DNA of 64,000 bases, from positions 1,267 through 65,266 of the forward strand of contig JAPLXG010000013.1 in the NCBI GenBank assembly GCA_026396175.1, read 5' to 3'. Within the stretch, counting starts at the first letter, position 1. Every line of letters begins with the position of its first letter. Positions 29,001 to 36,852 of this stretch are shown here, piece after piece. Position numbers and translations under genes: made by a program. The notes beneath the pieces were generated by a model. The model saw nothing but the letters and a program-made list of their open reading frames with translations, did no database searches and was not told the DNA's origin. The DNA comes from Candidatus Moraniibacteriota bacterium (GTDB taxonomy: Bacteria; Patescibacteriota; Minisyncoccia; Moranbacterales; UBA2206).

Positions 29001-29209
29001 TTAACAACCAGGGTCGCTCCCGGTTGCACAGTATATTTCATATCCACCACTCGGTCTTGATCCCAAACTTCATATCCGGTGATATTTCCTTCTTCATCAA
29101 TATTGGCGTGAGAAAAAAGACCAATTAAGTTTTCCGGCGATAATGGCAAAAAGGTGATTAAAAAAATAGCTGCAATAGCAGCTATGGTTACTCTTTTATT
29201 TTTTTTCAT
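26033..29209 (-). CDS. Large secreted protein: N-terminal beta-helix-like region, lipase/esterase (alpha/beta hydrolase, PGAP1/LCAT-like) domain, C-terminal Ig-like (Big) repeats
   Basis: 1058 aa. Signal peptide. VLIVPGIMGS and AHSMGGLVARQY nucleophile elbow (GHSxG). Several NxDxTxPxI Ig-like repeats in the C-terminal third. Confidence 0.7.
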   Translation of the reverse strand: MKKNKRVTIAAIAAIFLITFLPLSPENLIGLFSHANIDEEGNITGYEVWDQDRVVDMKYTVQPGATLVVKNGVTLTFKGGSINVKGDMFVNGTVNHPTILKKTGYWNYYIDVQTSGKLVIKNADISGTGFGPCTVMNNSILNQALACPVDGGINVYGGWLDIEASNIHDNNTPIYISDQNLNRVKVNRNKFSNNKNWDVYYYGTAGSQLNFKYNWWGSSAGPTVICWSPSNCYHEKLFRDVDFSNYLTQENFRDPVLIVPGIMGSAKKDGQWVLDPVGHVYDNLYAEFVGNEYVPEKDLFTFGYDWENSNVDTAKLLAQKIQEVKEKTHWPKVDIVAHSMGGLVARQYVELADYQDDVDQLITLATPNNGAPEAYLKWEGDAWFWGLADLYGKHILDQEVAESDGQYADRFDYVHNKPVASLQQLLPVYNYLQDVQNGNNDEIYPSGYPRNGFLENLNNSTNIAKLNNVEFDKIVGNAGDDAGTIAGFKVIKSSLGKLWTDGYPLGFEIIIGDRGIIKSGGDRTVPIDSAKSEKIFADYTKEINSTHTDLPTEAQSDVLEILTNKRPTSEVRNSIIHNILFAQVYSPVDIQVVAPDGKHWAGKNINGLPTADKIAGAYYTGYAGVKNEFLTIPNPEDGEYKIITEGTDEGKYTVEVSKLSEDGSGAGQATESTADITGTAVKDRVEESQATISGSDVIAKSVDSIPPTITATVMPTPNVNGWNNTDVTAHFDATDESGIKAVTPDVTFSAEGKDQTILGEAEDNAGNKNSVTVKNINIDKTKPVATAELSGAKGNGGWYVTDVTINFSATDNLSGVDEIFYALDGADVQSGNALKISDDGAHQIRFFAQDLAENREDEKTLEIKIDKTAPEIQITSPQNKSYANNTMLALEFRVSDGQSLADKISTEIFYDGNVAGQNKLDLSLEHLGAHNFSVSATDEAGNQSEKTQVDFQVVTSIGAIAQNVNHYFNLGLITKENTKTILEFRLRNIQEMLNLLSIFQSKWMPAWAKEKVVENLKRSINNQIDVLENQIERDKNFQRAIDQKIQEILAEDLEGAKV

Positions 29210-29474
29210 TTTTTACTTGGAAATATTTAATGATTAGATATATATTTAAAATTGGCCAGATTAGGAGAGAAAAGGTTTGTAGCCATTTTATATGATACGA
29301 ATCAAACATAAATGAGCCAATATTTACCAAAAAGCTCAAATTGCCCAATACCGAGAAAACGATTAGCGATAGAAATTTTTTTCTAGTTATTGCCAGGACT
29401 ATCAGCGCGATTACAACTGACGCCCCCAACAGCGTAAGACTTGCATTCAAGTCAAACGATGGATTTGAAAACAT
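29196..29474 (-). CDS. Small hypothetical membrane protein
   Basis: 92 aa, three predicted TM helices. Overlaps the stop of the upstream gene by 14 nt. Confidence 0.3.
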   Translation of the reverse strand: MFSNPSFDLNASLTLLGASVVIALIVLAITRKKFLSLIVFSVLGNLSFLVNIGSFMFDSYHIKWLQTFSLLIWPILNIYLIIKYFQVKNEKK

Positions 29475-29598
29475 ACATTTTTTCTCCCACTGTCACAAAA
29501 AATCTAACGCTTTTGTAAAAGCGAGAGTTCATTTTAATTTTTAAGCTTAATTTTACTATACCACATTTCCAAAAAAGCGAAAGGGCTTTGATGTAAGC

Positions 29599-29766
29599 CT
29601 AGCGCCCTAAAAGATGACTAAGCGCAAGACCAATGTAATACGGCCAGAGTACAACCGCCAGCACGCCTTGCCAAAATGGCAAGTGAAGAAAGCCAATTGT
29701 GAACAACCAGCCGGCAAACCAAGAGAAGGCCGTAAAACCATGTTGTTCGATTTTTATTTTTTGCAT
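29599..29766 (-). CDS. Small hypothetical membrane protein (55 aa)
   Basis: MQKIKIEQHGFTAFSWFAGWLFTIGFLHLPFWQGVLAVVLWPYYIGLALSHLLGR. Below the ORF-track length cut-off; read by hand. Confidence 0.3.
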   Translation of the reverse strand: MQKIKIEQHGFTAFSWFAGWLFTIGFLHLPFWQGVLAVVLWPYYIGLALSHLLGR

Positions 29767-29786
29767 ATGATTTAAAAATATAAATA

Positions 29787-30137
29787 TTATTTCTTCTTTA
29801 AAGATTGCGCGCCTCTTTTGGTCATCTCCTCGGCATAGCCGTCATAGCCTTTTTCTTTGATCATGTTGATGCAAGCCTCTCGGTCGGAACCGAAAATGAA
29901 AGCGAAAAGTTTTGAGATCATATTATTGAATTTTTTACACTCAGACGCCGTTGCATGCACAGTGCAATCCGCGCAACTCAGTTTTCCGCTCTCAATGCAA
30001 CATTTGCGAATTTTGCACCAAGTCGCCTTGGCATTTTTCTGGCAACCCGGGCATTTGCCTTTCAGATACCGTCCGCATTCTCCGCAATACAGTCCGCAAT
30101 AAGCGATTAAATTTTTGTTGGGTGTTTTTTGGTCCAT
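29787..30137 (-). CDS. DUF3795 family Cys-rich protein
   Basis: 116 aa. CGLYCGECGRYLKGKCPGC ... CADC pattern typical of DUF3795. Confidence 0.6.
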   Translation of the reverse strand: MDQKTPNKNLIAYCGLYCGECGRYLKGKCPGCQKNAKATWCKIRKCCIESGKLSCADCTVHATASECKKFNNMISKLFAFIFGSDREACINMIKEKGYDGYAEEMTKRGAQSLKKK

Positions 30138-30150
30138 AGGTTTTTGATTA

Positions 30151-31005
30151 TTATTTCTTCTTTATGTTTATTTTTTTTCTCAAACCGCTCTTTAGTCTTT
30201 TCTTTCGTGCTTTTTCGAGTTCTTTGATATGCCGCTCTGCTTTCAGCTCTTCCGGCATTGTGCCACCAATATCTTTAATTGTATTTCTCACTTTGCGCCC
30301 CACCTCAAAATGCGTTGCATTAGCCGGCTCCTCACCAAAGAGTTCCTCCTTGATAATTTTATCATCCGTTTGAGTGATGCGAAAAAGGTTAGCCGCTAAC
30401 TCCGTCGCTCCCGCCCGATCAAGCACGTCATCTTTGCCGATTTCTTTTTTCTTTTTAATTTCTTCAACCGTCAAACCATACAATCCCAAATAGCCATAAT
30501 TATTAAACTTTCCAAAATTGCTCACGCCTGCTTTCTTGGCTGTATCAAAAAGTTTTTTATTATGTGTTTTTACCTCGCCCCTAATGAATAATCGCTTTTG
30601 ATCTTGGTCAAGCTCTTGAAAAATTTCCTGCTTCCTGGTTTGCACGGCAAAATAGGTTTGCGCCATGGCGATTTCCACCTTTCTTGGGTCACCATTTTGA
30701 GCAATCAGATAACAAGCATAGCGAGAAAGTCGATAGTCTTCAATTTTTCGAAAAGCCTCTTTTTTTGTTCCCCTGGCGATTTTTATCATTTTGTCGGCGC
30801 CGACAAAATGATCTGCCACTTCTTGACTACTTGTACCACAAGCATCTTTTGCCCTTTGGATAGCCCCTTCGAATTTTCTCCATTCCTTATACCCCAAGAG
30901 CGGCATCAATTCTCGCGCTTCCCAATATTCAACGCCATTCTTATCAATTTTTTTGATACTCTCAAAATCCTTATGTAGTCCGGCTAATAATTCTATTTTT
31001 GACAT
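30151..31005 (-). CDS. dinD: DNA-damage-inducible protein D family
   Basis: 284 aa. WEARELMPLLGYKEWRKFEGAIQRAK ... DHFVGADKMIKI ... LSRYACYLIAQNGDP matches DinD closely. Confidence 0.8.
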   Translation of the reverse strand: MSKIELLAGLHKDFESIKKIDKNGVEYWEARELMPLLGYKEWRKFEGAIQRAKDACGTSSQEVADHFVGADKMIKIARGTKKEAFRKIEDYRLSRYACYLIAQNGDPRKVEIAMAQTYFAVQTRKQEIFQELDQDQKRLFIRGEVKTHNKKLFDTAKKAGVSNFGKFNNYGYLGLYGLTVEEIKKKKEIGKDDVLDRAGATELAANLFRITQTDDKIIKEELFGEEPANATHFEVGRKVRNTIKDIGGTMPEELKAERHIKELEKARKKRLKSGLRKKINIKKK

Positions 31006-31070
31006 AATTTTATTTTAGTTTATTATAATGATATTATACCACTATAATAATTCTTGGCAAGTTTTTGCTA

Positions 31071-31358
31071 TTATTTCTTCGGCCAACCCCAATTCCATTT
31101 CGGTTTTTCGCCTTTCTTGTAGGCAATAGCAAAGAGCGCCGTGGTTAGCAAAATTACCAAAACTAGAAAAGTAACTGGCACATCTTTTGGCGCCGACTCG
31201 TCAATTGTTTTTGTCGCCGCAACAAGTAGCGCGACATAGCCCACAATCACCAACCACCCCTGCCATTTGACCGGCGCCCAACCCCAGCCAAACCTTTTTT
31301 GTTTAAACCAAAGACCTTTAGGATTGTCTTTTGCGTATGCCAGGTATCTTTCAAACAT
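31071..31358 (-). CDS. Small two-TM membrane protein
   Basis: 95 aa. Trp-rich termini (WGWAPVKW, WNWGWP). Confidence 0.4.
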   Translation of the reverse strand: MFERYLAYAKDNPKGLWFKQKRFGWGWAPVKWQGWLVIVGYVALLVAATKTIDESAPKDVPVTFLVLVILLTTALFAIAYKKGEKPKWNWGWPKK

Positions 31359-31381
31359 ATTTTTATTTTATATAATTGTTA

Positions 31382-31738
31382 CTAACAAGCCAGATTTTTC
31401 AGATAATCCTTAATTCTTTCACGATCTTCATTTTCTTTATTGCCTTTGTAGTATATTTCAATAAATTCAATGAGTTCGACAGTCTCCGTTTTGAGATGAT
31501 AGGCATAGATCACCCGAAAGAATTTTCCCTTGGTGGAATCACAATGCATCCGCACTTTGTAGATTTCCAATGTGTCATTTTTGTGAAGCAAATTCCAATG
31601 CTTGCTTCCATTTCCCTGGGGCGCCGCAACCAGATATATTTCTTTGAGTTGGCGAAAGTCCTTTTCCAATGTGCGATATTTCTTGGAAAGTTTTTTCAGC
31701 TCTTTAACAAATTCTTGCGTTTGTTGAAAATTTATCAT
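31382..31738 (-). CDS. Putative toxin, RelE/ParE superfamily-like, partner of the Panacea-domain antitoxin
   Basis: 118 aa. Starts 17 nt downstream of the antitoxin gene on the same strand. The C-terminal half (KVRMHCDSTKGKFFRVIYAYHLKTETVELIEFIEI) is RelE/ParE-like. Confidence 0.5.
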   Translation of the reverse strand: MINFQQTQEFVKELKKLSKKYRTLEKDFRQLKEIYLVAAPQGNGSKHWNLLHKNDTLEIYKVRMHCDSTKGKFFRVIYAYHLKTETVELIEFIEIYYKGNKENEDRERIKDYLKNLAC

Positions 31739-31754
31739 CCGGATTTTGGCTTAC

Positions 31755-32549
31755 TTAGAGTTTATCATATTCCCGAACTGACAATTTTTCATCCCGATAG
31801 AACACGCCATTATATTCCACTCGCTCCCCCATCTTGGCCGCTCGCCAAGGCATGTCTTCATGAGAAAGTTCCGACAGTTCTTTGGCAGTCTTGTCCGCTA
31901 GTCTTCGCAGTTCCCAATCAATATGTTTGATTTCTTGCGCGGTGAGTGGCGTCAAATCAACTTGATAGTCAGGATTCAAGAAATATTTCTTCTGCTCCCG
32001 ATCATAGAATTTAGATTTCACTTCCTCAATTTCATTCTTAGCTTTCATTTCTTCCACAATCTTGGCAAACATTACTGGAGTTGGACCAAAATGATTTTTG
32101 ATATACACCGCTCCCATCAACTGCTCCTCAAATTTTTCATAGTAATCAAAATCGATAAAATAGAGCAGTTTATAGATTGCGGTCATACCGATATTAGGTT
32201 TGCCCCCAACTTTTTTGAGAATATATGTTAGGACAGTCTTGAATTTTTTCTGATTCTTGATCGGCACAGAAATCCTAACCTCGTTTTCAGCTTTCTTCTC
32301 TTTCTTAATGTCTGCTTTTTCCAAGACAACTTCTTTTTCCATCACTGCAGTATCCGACAAAAATTCCACGAGTGTCATGCCAAAAATTTCCGCCAGCAGT
32401 CCCGCTTCGGTCACGGTGATGTCCCGCTCACCTTTTTCGATTTGCATATAGGTGGGACGAGAAAGGCTTAATTTCTTGGCTAAATAGTCCTGAGAATAAT
32501 CCTGCTTCAATCGAAGATTTTTGATTTTCTCGGCTAGTTTCTTAGGCAT
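31755..32549 (-). CDS. HTH (XRE) plus Panacea/DUF4065 domain antitoxin (PanA-like)
   Basis: 264 aa. N-terminal HTH LAKKLSLSRPTYMQIEKGER. C-terminal IGMTAIYKLLYFIDFDYYEKFEEQLMGAVYIKNHFGPTP is characteristic of DUF4065/SocA. Confidence 0.7.
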   Translation of the reverse strand: MPKKLAEKIKNLRLKQDYSQDYLAKKLSLSRPTYMQIEKGERDITVTEAGLLAEIFGMTLVEFLSDTAVMEKEVVLEKADIKKEKKAENEVRISVPIKNQKKFKTVLTYILKKVGGKPNIGMTAIYKLLYFIDFDYYEKFEEQLMGAVYIKNHFGPTPVMFAKIVEEMKAKNEIEEVKSKFYDREQKKYFLNPDYQVDLTPLTAQEIKHIDWELRRLADKTAKELSELSHEDMPWRAAKMGERVEYNGVFYRDEKLSVREYDKL

Positions 32550-32794
32550 AGTTTTATCATTTTTGATTATATTAAAAGCTTACCTCAAGAAATAGTTATT
32601 GTCAAGTATTTTGACACCATATAGTGCTAGGTTATTTGACATCTTTTCTATCCCGTCTGCTCCCCACAAAAGCCCCATGCAAAATCGATTGCTCCGGCCG
32701 ATTAGCCAGCATAACCCCGAAATCCCCCTCCCCATCCCAATCCATGAGGAGAGAAAGTAGTTTTGGGTGGTTTATTTTTTTGTATAAAAAGTTA

Positions 32795-33523
32795 TTACTC
32801 GATGTTTTTTATGTAATGACAATTTGGATAATTGGAACAGCCATAAAAACTTTCTCCGACATGAGAACCTTTGCGCGCAGTTTTCAAAACTAAGTTACCA
32901 CCACACTTGGGACATTTTTCAGCAACGCTAGATCCAAAGACTGGACGGTTAGAGATAGTCTTGTCCAATCCGGCCAATTTCACATATTCCATCAATTTTT
33001 TTCCATCAATCAATTCAATTGGTTTTCCTATCGCGAAATTTTCCGCTTCAAGTGTGAAAACATTGGTCGTGATGAAAAAAGATTTTGCGTCAGAAAGTTT
33101 GTTCACAACGGCACCATAGAAATCGCGCATCGCTCCGACAGAAACTTGCTGGGTGATGAATTTTTTGCATTGGATGTAGTGCTTCACTCCCCCTTTCGTA
33201 GCAATAACATCAATTCCGCCGTCATTCGGACCACCAACTGCTTCAGTTGCATAACCTAATTTATCAAAAAGATGACAAATAAACGCTTCGAACTGAGTTG
33301 GAGCCAAGTTTTTTATCGCCTCCAGTGAATTCTTACTCTCAAAAAAGCTCATTTTCTTTCGCTTCTTGTATAAAACATAAATGACTATAGGCAAAAATAA
33401 AGCCACAAACATAATAGACGCCCCTAAGGCTGTATTTTTAAATAGCACCGGCAAAAACTTTATAAACACAATGAGCGCATACAAGACGAATACCATCTCG
33501 CCTACTGATTGTTTTTTAGCCAT
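32795..33523 (-). CDS. Membrane-anchored Mrr-like restriction endonuclease domain protein with C-terminal topoisomerase-type zinc ribbon
   Basis: 242 aa. Two N-terminal TM helices. Mrr_cat core GGPNDGGIDVIA ... QCKK. C-terminal CPKCGG...CSNYPNCHY. Confidence 0.7.
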   Translation of the reverse strand: MAKKQSVGEMVFVLYALIVFIKFLPVLFKNTALGASIMFVALFLPIVIYVLYKKRKKMSFFESKNSLEAIKNLAPTQFEAFICHLFDKLGYATEAVGGPNDGGIDVIATKGGVKHYIQCKKFITQQVSVGAMRDFYGAVVNKLSDAKSFFITTNVFTLEAENFAIGKPIELIDGKKLMEYVKLAGLDKTISNRPVFGSSVAEKCPKCGGNLVLKTARKGSHVGESFYGCSNYPNCHYIKNIE

Positions 33524-33603
33524 TTTTTGTGTATGTAATTAATTACGTAATTAAAAAATTATTTCTGAAACACGAGCAGATATTCGTGCATTGAACGTAC
33601 AAT

Positions 33604-33777
33604 TATTCATCTTTCACTATCTTCATCTTCATCGCAGTCTTCGGATAAATCCTCAAGTAGCCAATCTCTACCACAAGCACAATTTTCTCGATATGAATAT
33701 TGATATTGACCACCGATAAGTTTTAGGTAAAGTTCATTTCCACATTTGCATTTTATTATTATTCGTCGATTTTTCAT
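33604..33777 (-). CDS. Small zinc-ribbon protein (57 aa)
   Basis: MKNRRIIIKCKCGNELYLKLIGGQYQYSYRENCACGRDWLLEDLSEDCDEDEDSER. CxC...CxC. Read by hand. Confidence 0.3.
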
Positions 33778-33781
33778 AAAT

Positions 33782-34210
33782 TTATTTATAGCGCCTTACC
33801 AATTCCAAACAATCTTCAAAAGCATCTGCCTTACCACCAACAAATTCGTTAAGCCCGTATTCTTCAATTTTCTCACTTTCCCAAAGTTCTTCTTTCCAAG
33901 CCTTTCGATAATTTCTTGCCAAAATTGCTATATGTTTTTCTAGCGATTCTCCGGTGATTTTTTCCAAAAATCCCTTCGCCATCAGCTCAACCGTTTTTGC
34001 ATATAAGTTTTGCAGATTTTCCCATAACTCAAATGTTTGATATTTTTTATTAGAGCTAATTAATTTCCACTCATTTGGTTCGATGTCTAAAAAATCGTCG
34101 CCCTTTTCCTCTGCGTATTCTTTGCACATTATCCGAAATGGAAAATAGAACTTTTTGTGCTTATTGAGATATTTTAGTATTTTGATAGCAAGCTCTCTGG
34201 AGATTTTCAT
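33782..34210 (-). CDS. Hypothetical protein
   Basis: 142 aa, helical and charged. No motif recognised. Confidence 0.4.
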   Translation of the reverse strand: MKISRELAIKILKYLNKHKKFYFPFRIMCKEYAEEKGDDFLDIEPNEWKLISSNKKYQTFELWENLQNLYAKTVELMAKGFLEKITGESLEKHIAILARNYRKAWKEELWESEKIEEYGLNEFVGGKADAFEDCLELVRRYK

Positions 34211-34270
34211 AAAATTGAACAGAAATTAATTTTTATTTCTGATCAATTCTTGATCGTTTTGGAAATTATG

Positions 34271-35059
34271 TCAAATCGCTAATTTATAGCGACCACGCGA
34301 AACAAATTCCAAATATCCTTTGTCTCGTAAAACCTGTAATTGCTGGCGTAATTTGTCTTTGATGAAGTTGTTTTCTGGATGTTTTTCTTTCAGTTCTTTT
34401 TCAAAGGCATAAACCTCATCCAGCGAAAATTCTCTCTTTCCGATCTTATCTATGCAACTCATTGTATCCAAAATCCAACCCTTAGAAGCAAGCTCTTTCT
34501 CCTCCCGCAAAAATAAAGTTTTTTGCCAATTTTCCAAAACCTCTTTTTTGGTTTCTACTTTTCCGTTTTTTATATAAAATATTTTTCCAGTTTGAGGAAT
34601 ACTTGAAAGAGAAATATTGCATCCAACCCAGCCGGCACGTCTAGCCATTTCTGAAAGTGGTTTTCTTTTCTCGATAATGTCTGGAACAAAAAAATGCTTA
34701 GGAATAACGAGAAAGTTTCGAACTTCAAAATTTTTCAAATCGTAATTAAGAAAAAAGAAGTTGGGATTATTATTACTTTGCAACCTCTCAATCATTGTCC
34801 GATAAGCACCATCAACAATTTTATTTCCCATCGAATCTTTCTTGCTTTTAAGCTCATATTCCTCTTTACAATCATCGCAATAAAAATCAGCAACTGGCCT
34901 ATTATTTTCAAAGTGATTTATAGGACAACCGCAAGCTGGACAAAAGATTTCATTACCAACCCATCCTTCACTCATTGCCTTGATTTTCTGTGACGAGCTA
35001 TTATATTTTTCCGCTAATTTTACATCAAAAATAATCTGCATGAATTTTACTTTCTCCAA
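34271..35059 (-). CDS. DpnI-family (Dam-replacing family) methylation-dependent restriction endonuclease
   Basis: 262 aa. Collinear with DpnI: CPACGCPINHFENNRPVADFYCDDCKEE, NNPNFFFL, RKPLSEMARRAGWVGCNI, IRQQLQVLRDKGYLEF (C-terminal winged helix). Confidence 0.8.
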   Translation of the reverse strand: MEKVKFMQIIFDVKLAEKYNSSSQKIKAMSEGWVGNEIFCPACGCPINHFENNRPVADFYCDDCKEEYELKSKKDSMGNKIVDGAYRTMIERLQSNNNPNFFFLNYDLKNFEVRNFLVIPKHFFVPDIIEKRKPLSEMARRAGWVGCNISLSSIPQTGKIFYIKNGKVETKKEVLENWQKTLFLREEKELASKGWILDTMSCIDKIGKREFSLDEVYAFEKELKEKHPENNFIKDKLRQQLQVLRDKGYLEFVSRGRYKLAI

Positions 35060-35087
35060 TTACTAATTACCAACCCACTCTCCCACA

Positions 35088-35195
35088 AACCCTCCCTGTT
35101 AAATCGTATTTAACAGGGTAAATCCAACTCCTCAAAAACCCCATCGGTGAAATTGGCTGGTTTGAATCCAAAAATCGCCTTCGCGTTTTTGCTTC
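35088..35195. repeat. Hairpin CCCTGTTAAAT-cgt-ATTTAACAGGG plus a 70-bp element repeated downstream of three adjacent island genes
   Basis: caactcctcaaaaaccccatcggtgaaattggctggtttgaatccaaaaatcgccttcgc recurs at 36755-36825 with about 85% identity. The hairpin recurs at 47897-47935. Confidence 0.7.
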
Positions 35196-35202
35196 TTGCG
35201 AC

Positions 35203-36648
35203 CTACATCAAAAAATAATAATCCAATGGCACAGATACTATATTTTCTTGCATATCCAGTTTTAGTTCAGCGCCAGAAAAAATGATTCCGTAGTCAGACT
35301 TGATTTTACGCATCGTTCCCATCACTTGTTTTTTATCTTTATTTCCAAGGCCAACTTCTATGACAATTTTTTTGGAATTTCCGATTTGTAATATAAAATC
35401 CGCTCCTCCCTGAGCACTGTCATAGCGGATAACTCCATCGCCTCGCAGAATAAACTCTCGATAGAGATGCGCGCCTATCGAATCTTCCAGTAGTTTTCCT
35501 TGCCTTGTTGAATAAGTGCCTTCATTTCCGGAAAAATAAAAAAATGACATTCTTATCGCCGGGCTCATAAATAAATACTTATTGGCTTTATTGGCAATCG
35601 TCATGTTAGAACCATGTGGTGGAATCTTCACTAAAAGCTCAGCTTTCTCCAAAACATCAAAAATATTTGCCAGAGTTAGGCGACTGATGTTGAATTTATT
35701 TGCCAGCGTAGTTAAGCTTGTGATATCATTTTCTGCAATTGCAAAAAGAATTCTTTTCACTGCGCCAAGTGTGTCTTGATCAAAACTTCCAAGAGTCGGC
35801 ATGTCTTGCTTGATAATTTTTTCAAGCAAAAGCGATATATTATTATAAATTGAAATCTCATCCGGCATTATTTGCGCAAAAGGAAATGTTCCATAGGATA
35901 AATATTTTTTAATGTCATGCCTGTCTATCTTTGACCAGTAACTATTAACCAGGCCAGATAACTCAGTTAAATTATTATGAACCTCCTGGGCCGTTTTGGA
36001 AAAATAAATCGCCTGTCTTATTTTATTTTTCAATCCAGTGGTCGGATAGATTTTACTTTTTATCATCTGGTATTCGCCAAAGCACATCGGCGTCATTGGT
36101 TCAAAAATAGCTCTTCTGGCAATATTGGGCGTTGATTGCAAAACAATCGCTGAAGACCCTGTAACGCAGAAAAAAACATTGTTCGTTCTCTCAAATAACG
36201 ATTTCAATGCGATCGCCCATTTTGGATCAGTTTGCACCTCATCAAGAAATATTATTATCGGTTTTTTCAGACTTTCCAAATACTCGCCGATAATCTTTTC
36301 GTAAGCTGAAACTATTTCATTAATACCCACATCAAAATAGTTCCGCAGATCTTCCACCGAAAGAAAAAAAACTTGCACATCTTTTCCCTTAAATTCTGAA
36401 CATATTTGTGCCATGAGAGTTGTTTTTCCCACGCCCCGAAAGCCTGGAACGATAACCAGCCTATTTGAAGATTTTTTATCCAGAAAATCATTAATATATT
36501 TTTTTAATTTTATGTACAAAAAACGCTTGGGGTGCCTCTCTCCATTCGGACCATGCGTAAAATGCACCAACCGATCATCCGTGGTCAAAATCTGCTTTTG
36601 CAAATATTGGATTAATTCCTGATTCATGTATATTTTGCTATACAACAA
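35203..36648 (-). CDS. AAA+ ATPase (AAA_14 plus DUF4143, COG1373 type)
   Basis: 481 aa. Walker A GFRGVGKTTL. Walker B IIFLDEVQ. C-terminal DUF4143-like region. Confidence 0.75.
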   Translation of the reverse strand: MLYSKIYMNQELIQYLQKQILTTDDRLVHFTHGPNGERHPKRFLYIKLKKYINDFLDKKSSNRLVIVPGFRGVGKTTLMAQICSEFKGKDVQVFFLSVEDLRNYFDVGINEIVSAYEKIIGEYLESLKKPIIIFLDEVQTDPKWAIALKSLFERTNNVFFCVTGSSAIVLQSTPNIARRAIFEPMTPMCFGEYQMIKSKIYPTTGLKNKIRQAIYFSKTAQEVHNNLTELSGLVNSYWSKIDRHDIKKYLSYGTFPFAQIMPDEISIYNNISLLLEKIIKQDMPTLGSFDQDTLGAVKRILFAIAENDITSLTTLANKFNISRLTLANIFDVLEKAELLVKIPPHGSNMTIANKANKYLFMSPAIRMSFFYFSGNEGTYSTRQGKLLEDSIGAHLYREFILRGDGVIRYDSAQGGADFILQIGNSKKIVIEVGLGNKDKKQVMGTMRKIKSDYGIIFSGAELKLDMQENIVSVPLDYYFLM

Positions 36649-36754
36649 TTATACGTTTGTAGTATAGTATACTATTCAATAAATGTCAAATGCTAGTTTT
36701 TAGGCTTTAATTAGGCTTATTTCACAGCAATCTCTTGCTAAATATCCTCAACTC

Positions 36755-36825
36755 CTCAAAAACCCCATCGGTGAAATTGTCTGATTTGAATTTGAAAATC
36801 GCCTTCGCTTTAGTAGAAATTATTT
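36755..36825. repeat. Second copy of the 70-bp 3' element, plus the ccatattttacgtcttt motif shared with 38375-38395
   Basis: caactcctcaaaaaccccatcggtgaaattgtctgatttgaatttgaaaatcgccttcgc. Confidence 0.7.
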
Positions 36826-36852
36826 TAATACTCCCAAAAACCTATCCATATT

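Noticed and set aside
35088-36825. Calling the 3' repeat modules bona fide integron attC sites
   Set aside because: No integron integrase is in the window. No R'/R'' GTTRRRY core sites were recognisable. The element after the HD gene is only partially related. The evidence is insufficient, so this is kept only as a hypothesis in the findings.
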